In this document: positions 42,495 through 64,000 of the stretch, piece by piece
Layout: each line of letters opens with the position of its first letter
Numbering within the stretch: position 1 is the stretch's first letter
Origin: the human T2T-CHM13v2.0 reference genome, Homo sapiens
Assembly: GCF_009914755.1 (NCBI RefSeq)
Contig: NC_060935.1
Strand: one strand, 5' to 3'
Length of the DNA stretch: 64,000 nucleotides
The notes under the pieces: generated by a model
The model's database searches: none
What the model saw: only the letters and a program-made list of their open reading frames with translations
What the model was told of the DNA's origin: nothing
Position numbers and translations under genes: made by a program

Positions 42495-42820
42495 TCAGTC
42501 TGCATCAGAATCTCTTAGAGGGTTGTTAAAAATTCATTCGTCAGGGCCCAGTCCTAGAGATTCTCATCCAGAATGTTTATGGTGGGGCTTGGGAATCTGA
42601 ATTTTCATCGCATGCTGTATTAGTTTACTAGGGCTGCTATAACCTGTGTGGTTTGAAGAACAGAAATTAATTTTCTCATAGTCCTGGAGGCTAGAAGTCC
42701 AAGAGCAAGGTGTTGGCAGGTTTGGTTTCTTTCGAGGCCTCACTCCTTGCCTTGCAGATGGCCACCTTTTCACTGTGTCCTCACATTTCTCTGTGCATGC
42801 ACATCCTTGGTGTCTCTTTT
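42495..42820. mobile_element. MER5-like fragment (~42495-42610) followed by a MaLR (MLT1/MST-type) LTR fragment (~42616-42820)
   Basis: TGCATCAGAATC...GGTGGGGCTTGGGAATCTG and TGTATTAGTT...GGAGGCTAGAAGTCCAAG...GCAGATGGCCACC. Confidence 0.7.
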
Positions 42821-43018
42821 GTGACTTTTTAAAGACATAGGATCTTGCTTTGTTGCTCAGGTTGTACTTTAACTCTTGGGTTCAAGCAATCCTCCCACCT
42901 CGGCCTCCCAGGTAGCTGGGACTATAGGGTCATGCCACTGCACCCAGCTTTTTCTGACTTTTGACAGTTTGATTAAAATACGTCGCAGTATGGACTTCTT
43001 TGGGTTCATGTTAATTGA

Positions 43019-43522
<504 letters not shown>

Positions 43523-44857
43523 TAATTTCAAATGACCAGTCTTTGAGTTTGCTGACTCTTTCTGCTGCTTGATCAGGTCTACTATTGATTTTCTCTAGTG
43601 AATTTTTTAATTTATTTTAATTTTTTAATTTTTTTTTTTTTTTGAGACCGAGTCTCGCTCTGTTGCCCAGGCTGGAGTGCAGTGGCACGATCTCAGCTCA
43701 CTGCAAGCTCCGCCACCTGGGTTCACACCATTCTTCTGCCTCAGGCCTCCCAGGTAGCTGGGACTACAGGCGCCCGCCACTATGCCCGGCTAATGTTTTG
43801 TATTTTTAGTAGAGACGGGGTTTCACCATTGTTAGCCAGGGTGGTCTTGATCTCCTGACCTCTTGATCCACTCGCCTTGGCCTCCCAAAGTGCTGGGATT
43901 ACAGGCATGAGCCACCACGCCGGGCCTAATTTTTTAATTTTTATGTATTTTTATTTTTTAGAGACGGGGTCTCACTGTGTTGCCCAGGCTGGTTCTCGAA
44001 CTCCTGAGCTCAAGCGATCCTCCAGCCTCAGCCTCCCAAAGTGCTAAGATTATAGACATGAGCCACCGTGCCTGGCCTCCTCTAGTGAATTTTTCAATTC
44101 AGTTACTGTATTCTTCAGCTCCAAAATTTTCATTTGGTTATTTTTTAATGTTTTCTGTCTTTTTTTTGGTTTTCTCATTTTGTTCAAGCTCAATGTTCAA
44201 GTTCTCAATGTTCCAAAGCTCATTGAACATCTTTATTATGGCTAGTTTGAATTCTTTATAGGTGATTCATATACTTCTGTTTCTTTAAGGTTAGTTTCTG
44301 GAGATGTATTTCGTTCCTTTAATAGGACCATGTTTCCCTCTTTATTCATGTGCTTGGTAACTTGTACTGGTGATTTCTACATTTGAAAAATCATCTGTCT
44401 CTCCTGGTCTTTGTACTGGTGATTGGCCTTCACTAGTCAGCATGGATAGAGATTCCAAGGGCCTCTCAATCCTTTACTGAGGATGTGTCTTTTCTGGACT
44501 TGCGGATGTAAATTCCCATTTAGAGGGATTTGCCGGTTTCCTTTTTCAGGAGCCCATAATCTCTTGCTCCCTCTAGTGTCTGCGTATGATACTGCAGTTT
44601 CTCTGGAGCTGCTACAAGTCTCCCAGCTGTCGGTGGCCTCCAGACTTTTAGAGTATGCCATGTCCCATCAGTGCCCCAAGCTGGGCAAGACAGAAACCAG
44701 TCCCTCTGGTAGCTTCCCCAAAGGACAGAATGTTACGACTGGGTGTGGTGGCTCACGCCTGTAATCCCAGCACTTTGGGAGGCCAAGGTAGGCAGATCAC
44801 CTGAGGTCGGGAGTTCGAGACCAGCCTGACCAACATAGAGAAACCCTGTCTCTACTA

Positions 44858-45016
<159 letters not shown>

Positions 45017-46463
45017 TCAAAAAAAAAAAAAGTCAGAATATTAGATGCACACTCCACTCCCCTCAACCCTGGGAGAGGCCACTGGGCTGTATTGGCCTTT
45101 CTCTGCAGTTTCAGGGATCCTCTGGATCAGCAGCAGGCCACCCAGGCATTTAGAGTGTGCTAGATCCTTTCAAGTGCTTAGAGACAGAAACCAGTCCCCC
45201 AGAGAGCCCCAAAAAGCTAGAATGTTGGATGCATACTGCACCTGTTTCCCTCCCTAGGGAGAAGCTGGGAGGTGGGAGTTTTCTCCTGCTTGTTCTGCAC
45301 TGAGCCAAGGATGAGTGATGAGGGAGTGAGTGCTTGCCAGTCTAAACTGTCACCTTTGTTCTCCATGGTTCTTTGTTCTCCCTCAACCTGCTGCCCTTTT
45401 CTGTTAGCACTTAGATTCAAACAAAACAGAAACCTGATCCCCCCAAAAGTCCGAACATTATACATACTTTTCAGTCTTCTCTTTCTGTCTCAGGTAGAAG
45501 CTAGGAGCTGGGGGTTATCTCATGATCATGCTTGAGCAGGGAGGGAAGAGACTATGGCAAATGAGTGCTACAAATTTTTCTGCTGGATTCGATGCAGCTG
45601 GTTTTGTGCTCACCTGGGGAGCAGGAGCCTCTTACTGGTTTCTGGATTTCTCACAGGGAATTGGTTTGTTTGTTGCTGTTGGCTCAGTGTCTCCATCGGG
45701 GAAGGAGGATCTGGGGTTTCCTACTCCACCATCTTCACCTCTTGCTGAGGTCACCACCTTGACATCATATCTTGATAAGTTGTCCACTTCTCTGGATTGG
45801 GAGCCTTTGGGGGATTAGGGATCATGCTGTCTCTGTGTGCTCAGGATTTGACACAGGTGAGTGAGTAGAGTATAAACCACACTGTAAGAATTTTAAGGGA
45901 GTGCAAAGGAAGGAAAAATTATTTCTGCTGGGATAGTTTCTGGAAAGGCACTGGTTAGGGACACATTTGCAGTTAGGACTGTGTTTTAATTCTAATTGCA
46001 GTTACTATTTGGATGATTTTGGGTGAGTTATTGAACCTTCCTGAGCCTCTGTTTCCTTGGCTGTAAAGTGGGGACAATATCAGCATAATTTCTTTTCTTT
46101 TTTCAGGGGGATAGGGTCCGTTGCCCAGGCTGGAATGCAGTGGTACGATCACAGCTCACTGCAGCGTTGACCTTCCCAGGCTCAGATGATCTTCCCACTT
46201 CAGCCTCCTGAGTAGCTGGGACCACAGGCACCATGGTGGGACTACCCCACTATGCCTGGCTAATTTTTGTATTTTTGGTAGAGACAGGGTCTCGCTATGT
46301 TGCTCAGGCTGGTCTCGAACTCCTGAACTCAAGTAATCATGCTCGCGTTGACCTCCCAAAGTGCTGGGATTACAGGTGTGCGCCACCACGCCTGGCCAGC
46401 AGTGTAATTTCCTCATGACTAAATGTGATTGAATGCATTCAGCACCTAGTAAGCATTGAGTAA

Positions 46464-46769
<306 letters not shown>

Positions 46770-46852
46770 TAAATCGGGCAGCTTCCTGAGCCAGAGTAGG
46801 TTCAGAGAGACTCCCAGGAGTAGGAGTCTTGGTGTCACTTCTCTTTTATTAG

Positions 46853-47062
<210 letters not shown>

Positions 47063-47121
47063 TGAGTCTAGAATTGTATCCTAGATAATTTTTTTCTTTC
47101 TTTTTTTTTTTTTGAGACTGA

Positions 47122-47220
<99 letters not shown>

Positions 47221-47771
47221 TGAGTACCTGGGATTACAGGCATGTGTCACCACACCCGGGTAATTTTATATTTTTAATAGAGACAGGGTTTCTCTGTGTT
47301 GGTCAGGCTAGTCTCGAACTCCTGACCTCAGGTGATCCGCCCGCCTCGGCCTCCCAAAATCCTGGGATTACAGGCATGAGCCACTGTGCCTGGCTTATAA
47401 TTTTTTTCTTTTATTCATGAAGTAGACACTCAACCCAAACACTGTTCAAATTTTTGTTAAGTGTACAAAATTTATCAGTTAAAGTTCTTTATTTGCGAGA
47501 CAGAGTGGAAACTTGTTTGTCTCACTTAAGCAAAAAGGAATTTAGTGGAAGGGTATATGAAGCTCACAGTATCAAAGGTTGAAGAAGAACCACTCTGGGA
47601 ATGGAGTGGAATCAGACAACTAAGTCTGCATAGCCAAAGCTCCTCAATAGTTTCATTCTGGCCGGCCGCAGTGGCTCATGCCTCTAATCTGAGCACTTTG
47701 GGAGGCTGAGGCGGATGGATCGCTTGAGGTTAGGAGCTTGAGAGCAGCCTGGCCAACACAGCGAAACCTCA

Positions 47772-47966
<195 letters not shown>

Positions 47967-49065
47967 CTACCTTTATGAGGAATGAATTCTAACTGTGTAT
48001 AGTTAGGATTAACTTTGGCTATGAGTAAAAAAACATCCAAAACAGTAATGGCTTAAACAAGGTAGAACTGTCTTTCTCATGACAGAAGTCCAGAGGAAGG
48101 CACACTCCAGAGCTCATAGAGGGGCTTCAAAAAGTCATGGGTCCAGGTCCCCCCTACTTGCTGCTCTTTCATCCTAGCATGTGTTTTCTACTTCTTGATC
48201 CAGGACAGCCATATTTCAGCCCAGAAAAAGTGTGTGGAAGTGCATACCCCTCCTTTGTAGATCCCGCTCAGGAAATTATCCAGCATACTTCCACTTATTT
48301 GCCATTGGCCACAGCTTAGTTACTTGGCTACGTCTAACCATAAGGAAAAATAATATAGTCTATTCCATCTGCCCAGCTGTGTTGGAGATTCTGTTATCGA
48401 TGAAAACTGGATATTAGGGGACGTGTCATTCATTCTGCCACACTCCGGGACTGCTGTTTTTGTGTCTCCACTCAATATTTGTATCAGAAAGTAGCAGCCA
48501 TTGTCTATGGGTTCCAGGTATGAAGAGTGATAAGACAGAGTCTGGAGCCTTATACAATCACTGGAAAGCCAACAAAGTCCAAATATTTACTCTCCAACCC
48601 TTTACAGAACAAGTTTGCCCTGACTTAGCATAATGCATTTGAGATGCGTATCCTTGTTGTTACTTGTATCAATAGTTCATTCTTTTGTGTTGAGTAATAT
48701 TCCATTGTGTGGATGTACCATGGTCTGTTCATCTGTTGACCAGCTGAGGGACATTAGGATTATTTCCAGCTTTAGGTGATTATAAATGAAGCCACTGTAA
48801 ACATTTGCATACAGATTTTGTGAACATAGGTTTTAGTTTTTCTTGAGTGAATACTCAGGAGAAGGATTTGCTGGGTCATGTGGTAAGTGTATATGTTTAA
48901 CTTTATAATAGGGCCAGGTGTGGTAGCTCATGCCTGTAATTTCAGCATGAGATCACATGCTCCTCCTCTGGGAAGCCGAGGCAGGTGGATCACTTGAGGC
49001 CAGGAGTTCGAGACCAGCCTGGCCAGCATGACAATACCCCGTCTCTACTAAAAATGCAAAAGTTA

Positions 49066-49197
<132 letters not shown>

Positions 49198-49310
49198 TCA
49201 AAAAAATAAATAGGGCTGGGCGCGGTGAGTCAACACCTGTAATCCCAGCACTTTCGGAGGTCGAGGCGGGTGGATCACCTGAGGCCAGGAGATCGAGACC
49301 TTCCTGGCTA

Positions 49311-50123
<813 letters not shown>

Positions 50124-50266
50124 TGCTAAGCAAAAGAGGTCAAACTCAACCAGACGCGGTGGCTCACGCCTGTAATCCCAGCACTTTGGTAGGCTGAGGT
50201 GGGCGGATCACGAGGTCAGGAGATTGAGACCATCTTGGCCAACATGGTGAAACCCCGTCTCTACTA

Positions 50267-51163
<897 letters not shown>

Positions 51164-52366
51164 TAGAAACACTTCTACCGCCAGCTCTTAGTGTACAAGA
51201 TCGGGTAGTCAGGAGTTCCGCTGGGTTTGGACTTTGGTTTTGCTCTGGTTACCTTCAGTGCATCACCAGCTTCATATTCCCTCCGGTGTTACCATGTGCT
51301 GTTTTCTCATTTCCATAGTTTGTGACGAGGTCTGCTGTATCTTTGTTCCTTTTTATGTGTCTTCTCTTTCTGAATCTTTTCAATATTTTGTCTTTGGTTT
51401 CTAGCCGTTTCAATATTATATACATAGGTATTTATTTGATATTTATATATGTAGGCATTTGATATTTATCGTGCTTTTGGGTTCTCTGGGCATCTTGGAT
51501 CTGTGTTTTCATATCTTTTATTATTGTTGAAAAATTCTCAGCTGTTACCCCTTCAGCTATTTCTTCTGCTTTGTTTTCTCCCTCTTTTCCTTCTAGGATT
51601 CTAGTTATACTTAGTTAAATGGTTTAATATTGTCCAACAGCTGTTGTGGGGGTTTTGTTTTTTGTTTTTTTGAGACAGTCTTGCTGTGTCACCAAGGCTG
51701 GAGAGCAGTGGCGCAATCTTGGCTCACTACAACCTCTGCCTCCTGGGTCCAAGCGATTCTTGTGCCTCAGGCTCCTGAGCAACTGGGACCACAGGCACGT
51801 GCCGCCATGCCTGGCTAATTTTTTTGTATTTTTCACAGAGACGGGTTTCACCATGTTGGCCAGGCTGGGCCTGAACTCCTGGCCTCAAGTGATCCGTCTG
51901 CCTCAGTCCCTTAAAGTGTTGGGATTACAGGCGTGAGCCACTGTGCTCAGTCTGTCCAACAGCTTTTGGGTTCTCTGTTTTGTGTTTTTTATTCTTTTTT
52001 CTCTTTGTGCATCAGTTTGGGTTATTTGTATTAGATAATATCTATTGACCTGTCTTCCACTAATTCTTTCCTTGATGATGTCAAATCTCATGATGGGCCT
52101 GTTGAAACCATTCTGCATATCTGCTACTGTATTTGTTTTTAGCATTTCCATTTGACTTTTGGAGTTTCCAACTCTGCTAGAATTTCTCATCTGTTCATAC
52201 ATTTTGTCTGCTTTTTCCACTGGCGCCTTTAATATTAGTCATAGTCATTTTAAATTCCCTGTCTGATAGTTCTAACATCTGGGTCATCCCTCAGTCTGCT
52301 TCTGTTGATTTCTTTGTCCCTTGACAGTGTGTTGTTTTTTTCTTCTTTTGTGTATATGTCTCGTAA

Positions 52367-52633
<267 letters not shown>

Positions 52634-53036
52634 TGAGTAGCTGAGACTACAATCACGTGCCACCACACCTGGCTAATTTTTTTTTTTTTTGAGACGGAGT
52701 CTCACTCTGTCGCCCAGACTGGAGGCAGTGGCGCGATATCGGCTCACTGCAAGCTCTGCCTCTTGGGTTCATGCCATTCTGCTGCCTCAGCATCCCGAGT
52801 AGCTGGGACTACAGGCGCCCGCCACCACGCCCGGCTAATTTTTTGTATTTTCAGTAGAGACGGGGTTTCACCGTTTTAGCCAGGATGGTCTTGATCTCCT
52901 GACCTCGTGATCCACCCGCCTCGGCCTCCCAAAGTGCTGGGATTACAGGCGTGAGCCACTGTGCCCAGCCTGTGTCTGTGGTTTTATACACTCATGCTAG
53001 CCCACACTTGGCTTTTAACAATTCATTGCAAATTTT

Positions 53037-53326
53037 AGTGGCACAGGCCTGCAGTCCCAGCTGCCCTGGAGGCTGAGGCAGCAGGATCGCTGGAGCCCAG
53101 GAATTCTTGGCTGCAGTGCTCTATACCAATCAGGTGTCTGCTGTAAAGTTGGCAACAGTATGTTGACCTCTCAGAAGCAGGGGACCACCCGATTCCCTAA
53201 GGAGGGGTGAACCAGCCCACGCTGGAAATGGGACAGGTCGAAATTCCTGTGCTGATCAGTGGTGGAATTGCACCTCTGACTAGCCACTGCAGTCTCCCCT
53301 GGGCAACATAAGGCTGGCCCTGTCTG
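53037..53326 (+). pseudogene. 7SL (SRP RNA) retropseudogene in SDHAF2 intron 3
   Basis: Alu-domain ends enclose the 7SL-specific S domain (GGGGACCACC...CCTAAGGAGGGGTGAACC...GTGCTGATCAGT), which Alus lack. Many substitutions are present. Confidence 0.92.
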
Positions 53327-53444
53327 TATTAATTTAAAACAAATTTTTTTGGCTGGGCGTGGTGGCTCACGCCTGTGATCCCAGCACTTTGGGAGGCAGA
53401 GGTGGGCGGATCACAAGGTCAGGAGACCAAGACCAGCCTGACTA

Positions 53445-53900
<456 letters not shown>

Positions 53901-54493
53901 CTACTTTCTTGGGGGAAGCCAAAACCTCTTTGATCTTATGTTGATTGTCACATGAAAACAGAGCCCTCACTAGATGCCAGGCCCTGTGCTGAGTAAGGGA
54001 GAATCTGACTTGGTTTTGAGGAATTCTCTCTCCTGGCGTCGTACCTAGTGTTGGTGGAAGGGTAATTCTGGAGCACATTGCCTCGGCTTTGGCAGTGGGA
54101 GGCTTTGCTTGTAATTGGCATCTTAAATAAGTGTCCCAAGGGTGTAGAGAAAGGTCAGGGGGAGCAGCACACTGCCAGACCCACTGCCGTAGACTGAGGC
54201 TGGCCTTCTCATTCTTCTGACTCAGTGCCTATGTTGCCCGTTCACTGAAATCTGGTTCTTTAGGCTCATGACAGTTCTGTGTGCCTCCAATATCCTTCCA
54301 ATAAATTCCTTTTTGCTTAAGTTTACTAGAGTTATTAGTTTCTGTCTCTTAAAACTGAGGACCTCTAACTGATAGACAAAGGAGAGAGCTTTTGTTTCAA
54401 GAGATATATACATTGCAAGGGAAAACACAATGTCTGGGGAACAATGGAATTGCCAAATGCAAAGCAAAATAGTACAGCCAAGATTGTGCGGGC

Positions 54494-54685
54494 CAGGGGT
54501 CAGCAAACTTGTTCATAAAGGACCAGATAGTAAGTATTTTACTTGTAGTCATATGGTCTCTGTTGCAAGTACCCAATTCTGCTGTCATAACACAAAAGGA
54601 GCATGGGTAATATGTAAACCATTGGGAGCAGCTGTTCCAATAAAACGACTTGCAAATATAGGCTCACACAGTTTGCCACCCCCTG
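54494..54685 (+). mobile_element. MER58A hAT-Charlie MITE
   Basis: TIRs CAGGGGTCAGCAAACT / AGTTTGCCACCCCCTG and a degenerate 8-bp TSD (GTGCGGGC / GTATAGGC). Confidence 0.85.
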
Positions 54686-54789
54686 GTATAGGCTAACATC
54701 GTGTATATTTAGAAGAAGGATGGAGACAGTCTATATATCCATCTGTGGTTCTTGGCCAGTGTTTCGAGTTTTAAGATTCTCATACCTGA

Positions 54790-54969
<180 letters not shown>

Positions 54970-55606
54970 GCTGTGCTCCACGGCCTGGCATGGGGGTTCA
55001 GTCTGTGGATGGTAACTACTTATGATGGACGTTAGCCTTGCTTCCGGCTTCTTAGATGCCCAGCTGCCCTACCCCAGACCACTGGTCCTGCCTCAAGTGA
55101 TGGACATAACCCTCTCCTAGGACATACATGTAAATGCACAATGTGACTCATTCTCATACTTTTTTGTTCAGCTCTGAGCCTCAAAAGTGATTTGTCAGCA
55201 GCGCTGGCATGCAGGCTTTGCCTGGCTGCTATCTCTAGAGGCAAGTCTGCCACGAGAGGGCACTGCAGGCGAAGCAGTTGTGCTTGCTCATTGCCTCAGC
55301 CCAAGTGTACTCAAAGAAAAGAGGCAGCCAGCTGTGCGTGCTGTACGGAAAGCCTCCCGCCCTCCCTGCAGCTCCCCGCCCTCAGTGGCCCAGGGCTTTG
55401 TTGAAGTGGAACTCCCCACTTCCAACCTGGTATGGCTCCTTCTGCGAAGGGAAGCTGATCCCAGCCTCCTGAGCTGAATCCTTCAAAGGCACAGCAGGCA
55501 GAATGAGGGCCACAGGCAGGAGTGGTGTGGGCACACTGCTTAGGAGTCAACATCTTCATCATTGGGCTTTCTTTAAAACGTGCACTTTGTAATTTGAAAG
55601 AGAATT

Positions 55607-55612
55607 ATTAAA
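55607..55612 (+). terminator. SDHAF2: SDHAF2 poly(A) signal ATTAAA
   Basis: Variant hexamer about 640 nt after the stop, TGTA at 55588 upstream, T-rich sequence downstream. Confidence 0.65.
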
Positions 55613-56949
55613 GCATACTGAAAAAAGGAAATTTACAATTTCCCAGCCCTCACAATTAATTTTAATTTTGTCTATTTTCATATAACCCATAGTCATGTTT
55701 ATAGAGTTTTACAAGTTCACAATTACAGGTTTTATTTTCATGTAGCACTATAGAAAACTTTCCCCCTCATTCCTACAGTCTTCACAATTAGTTGACTAAA
55801 TAATAATACATAAGAAATAATATATTAGAATGAATTAGTTAGAAGTGTTTTTAAAAGCTCTAGGGCTGTGTGACTTCTGTGTTGCTAGTGGTGCCCTCCC
55901 TGGAGGGGTTTTGCCCTCAGAGCTGTAATCTAGGCAGTAGAATCAGTCACCCAGACTGGACCAGGTGCATCTAAAGGTGTTGACTAGAAGAAGGTCGGCC
56001 AGATTTGATGAGCAGGTGGTTGGTGATTATAGGAGCCGCACACAGGGACTACACACGCACATGTTTCCAGCATTGTTGAGCTCCAGGGTTCCTACAGAGC
56101 CACCTCATGGTTCCTGCCTGCTCTTCAGTATCCCTGGTGGCTCAGGAGGGAAGGGAAGAGATCTAGCCTTTACGTAATCACAGTTAAGCCTCACAGCACT
56201 CTAGACTAGTGGTGTTACCTGTATTTTATACATAAGAAAGTGGGCTCAGAGAGAGGAAGTAATTTGTCCAAGGTCAGGTAGCTATTGAGTCGAAAAAGCA
56301 GAATTTAGTATAGCTCAGTCTGCCTCCAAAGCTCTTGAACTTTCTACTAGAACACACTGCCTTACTGCTGGAAATTTAATAGAAGTCTCTGTTTGGGAAA
56401 GCTGTGGCAAATAGATGTGACAGTTCTGAGACATGACCTCTGTGTTACATGGTGGGTAGGAATCTGCCAGGTGCTTCACCAAGTGAGTAGATCTGAACTT
56501 GATCACCCAGTGAAGCTTCTGTGAGGAAGCAGCGCAGTGCACTGGTTACACATTTAAATCCTGGCTCTGCTGCTTACCTGCTGGATACATGAATTGACCT
56601 GAGCCTCAGTTGCCTCATCTATAAAATGGGGATGACAGTGCTTCCTGTCTCAGCTAGTTGATGAGATGAAACACACAAAGCTCTTACATGGTAACTTGCA
56701 CAGTATGTACTCTAGATATGAATGTCAGCATTTAGTCATAGCCTCAGTCTGAGACTTAAAACCTGTCCCTAACACAAATTGCCTGGCATATCAATGAGGT
56801 CACCATAGCTACATCCAGGGTTTCTCATCTGCAGGTCAGAAAGCTGAGCCTATTAATAGAACCACAGAATGTCTTACCTCCCAGTGAAGACGAGAGAGAA
56901 AACAGACCCTGGTGACAAGACCTTTGATGGAAAAATCTAGCACTCTCCC

Positions 56950-62358
<5,409 letters not shown>

Positions 62359-62625
62359 CTTGAATTTTTAAAAAGGCAGCTGCTTAGTATAGATCAGATT
62401 CTTGTGAACTTAGTATAGCAATCGCCTATGAACACACATGATTCCTACTGATCTATTTGAACAGCAGCAATAACATTTACTGAGCACTTATTCCAGAGCA
62501 GACATTAGGCTAACACCATACATGGCTTGTCCTGCTGAATTCCGTAGCAGTCTGATGAAGTTGCTTGTATTGTTGTCTTCATTTTGCCAAAGAGGAAACA
62601 GGCCCAGAGGGACTGAGTTACTCAC

Positions 62626-63836
62626 CTATGGTGACAGTGGCTTAGCACTTAGCAAACAAACTGATATAGGACCCTTGGAAAGTTGGAGGTCTGTGTTATG
62701 CATTAGCAAAATGTTTGATAAAACTACAGCCCACTGTAGCTTGGGAGGGTATCCCATGTGCTTTCCAGGCTGACAGCCAAAGGCAACGCAGTTGGAAAGC
62801 AGAAAACTTGTCATCTCTCTTGGCTACTGTAGGCTGTATTTGTTGAGGATTTATAAGGAAGGGATGAGCTCAGGCGAGGATTACCTGGTGTTTGAGCAGT
62901 AATGAAAGGAAATAAAGTACAGAAACCCACGGTCTTTCAGGGTTGGAAAATCTGCTACACCCCAAATAGGAAGAGATGAGATATAAGACTCATCTGGGCA
63001 AGAAAAGCCTGGTAAAACTTTTCTCTTGGATGCAGTTACTCAGGACAAGCATCAGGTTAAAGGTGGGCCTCCTATTTATTGTTCCAAATAGCCTCAAGCT
63101 AGCCATTGAGTAGAAAGGGAGAGACATGGAGGATGAACAGGCAAAACATATTAGACCTAAAAACTGGATCTAGGAAAAGACTTGGCACGTGCGTGAGCGT
63201 GGCCACTGGCCCACAAAGCTGACCAGGGCAAGTAGGTTAGACACTAACTATGTAAAGAATTGTATTGCCAAGGAACCGGGAGCCAGCCCTTTGGACAGTT
63301 CCAGCTATAAAACAACCTTTGGGCCTCCAATCATCCATGAGCAGGAGGGACGGTGCTCAGCCCCCAGAGAGGGCAGGCTCTGCCACTCTCATTTCAGCTG
63401 TAGCCAGAGAGGATGATGGAAAAGGAGGAATCTCCCAGAGAGAAGAGCCAGGGCCAATGTGGAGAGTGGATAAGGAGAGTGTCTCCCGGCAAGCAGCACC
63501 GGGGTGTAATGAACGGGTACCCCTGAGTCCTGTCCCTGCTCCACCACTGTGTGGCACAGGGTTAGGGGAGCAACTTGCTTGTCTTTTTGGTCATGGCTTA
63601 CTGGACTGAGAAGAGCCACATTGGATGAGAAGTGACTACTGCACATCACCAGAGACCCTGGGCTTTGAGCCAGATATCGGGACTAGATAGGACTTTGGGT
63701 CCCTTGGGAAGAGGGTGTGTTCCCTGAGTGAAAAGAAAAACTTGGTTTGGCAAACAGAACGGTGGATCGTGGCAGAGATGATGGTATCCACCCGCCACAC
63801 CATTTGATCTCCCTGAGCATATAGAAAGACCATTTC
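62626..63836 (-). pseudogene. Large decayed exon of an unprocessed pseudogene (extracellular Cys/Trp-patterned protein, tentatively VWDE-like)
   Basis: Acceptor ctatag|GA at 63837/63836 and donor ATAG|gtgagt at 62626/62625. Repeat-free 1.2 kb. Piecewise translation across about 5 frameshifts and several stops: GNGLSICSGRSNGVAGGYHHLCHDPPFCLP... WPWLFSLGDSSFSIILSGY... RLFYSWNCP... CPGQLCGPV... PREKFYQAFL... IWGVADFPTLKDRGFLYFISFHYC... QLRCLWLSAW...ATVGCSF...SYISLFAKC*ATVTI. Confidence 0.62.
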
Positions 63837-63885
63837 CTATAGCATCCAGGAAATGCCCTGAGCATGTGGGAAGCAGACTCTCCGG

Positions 63886-64000
63886 GCCAGGTGCGGTGGC
63901 TAATATCTGTAATCCCAGCACTTTGGGAGGCCGAGGCGGACAGATCACTTGAGGTCAGGAGTTCTAGACTAGCCCGGCCAACATGGTGAAACCCCGTCTC
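63886..64000 (+). mobile_element. Alu (left arm, truncated by window edge)
   Basis: GGCCAGGTGCGGTGGC...GAAACCCCGTCTC. Confidence 0.93.

Noticed and set aside
62590-62645. MIR core similarity running up to or over the fossil exon donor at 62626
   Set aside because: Noted as a caveat that this donor could be MIR-derived. It was not taken as refuting the exon, because the frame joins coherently to 60713.
62827-62884. Apparent 58-nt intron (CAG|gtaatc ... tacag|) inside the fossil gene block
   Set aside because: Too short for a typical human intron, and the phases do not match. A single exon with a frameshift explains the region better.

Overview
Human (primate) genomic DNA, recognisable as the chr11q12.2 TMEM216-CPSF7-SDHAF2 locus. 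It is Alu-dense, with many L1, MIR, MaLR and MER fragments. Three intact multi-exon genes were reconstructed by hand from splice sites and frame: TMEM216 (+, 5 exons, 148 aa on this haplotype), CPSF7/CFIm59 (-, 10 exons, 462/471/514-aa isoforms) and SDHAF2 (+, 4 exons, 166 aa). CPSF7 and SDHAF2 share a bidirectional CpG-island promoter, and SDHAF2 intron 3 holds a 7SL pseudogene. The most notable unexplained structure lies at ~56.9-63.8 kb on the minus strand: a chain of exon-like blocks, mostly phase 1, whose joined translation is a Cys/Trp-patterned, extracellular-type protein broken by stops and frameshifts. This looks like a decayed, unprocessed (possibly unitary) pseudogene that I tentatively relate, from memory only, to VWDE-like proteins; it probably continues past the window end. 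Other items of interest: a candidate autoregulatory module in CPSF7 intron 5 (UGUA cluster, two poison-exon candidates, an intronic poly(A) signal), a CPSF7 3'UTR intron that could act as an NMD switch, a splice-acceptor-swap haplotype in TMEM216, and a 46-bp templated insertion. No database searches were run. Gene and repeat family names rest on recognition, and repeat boundaries are approximate.
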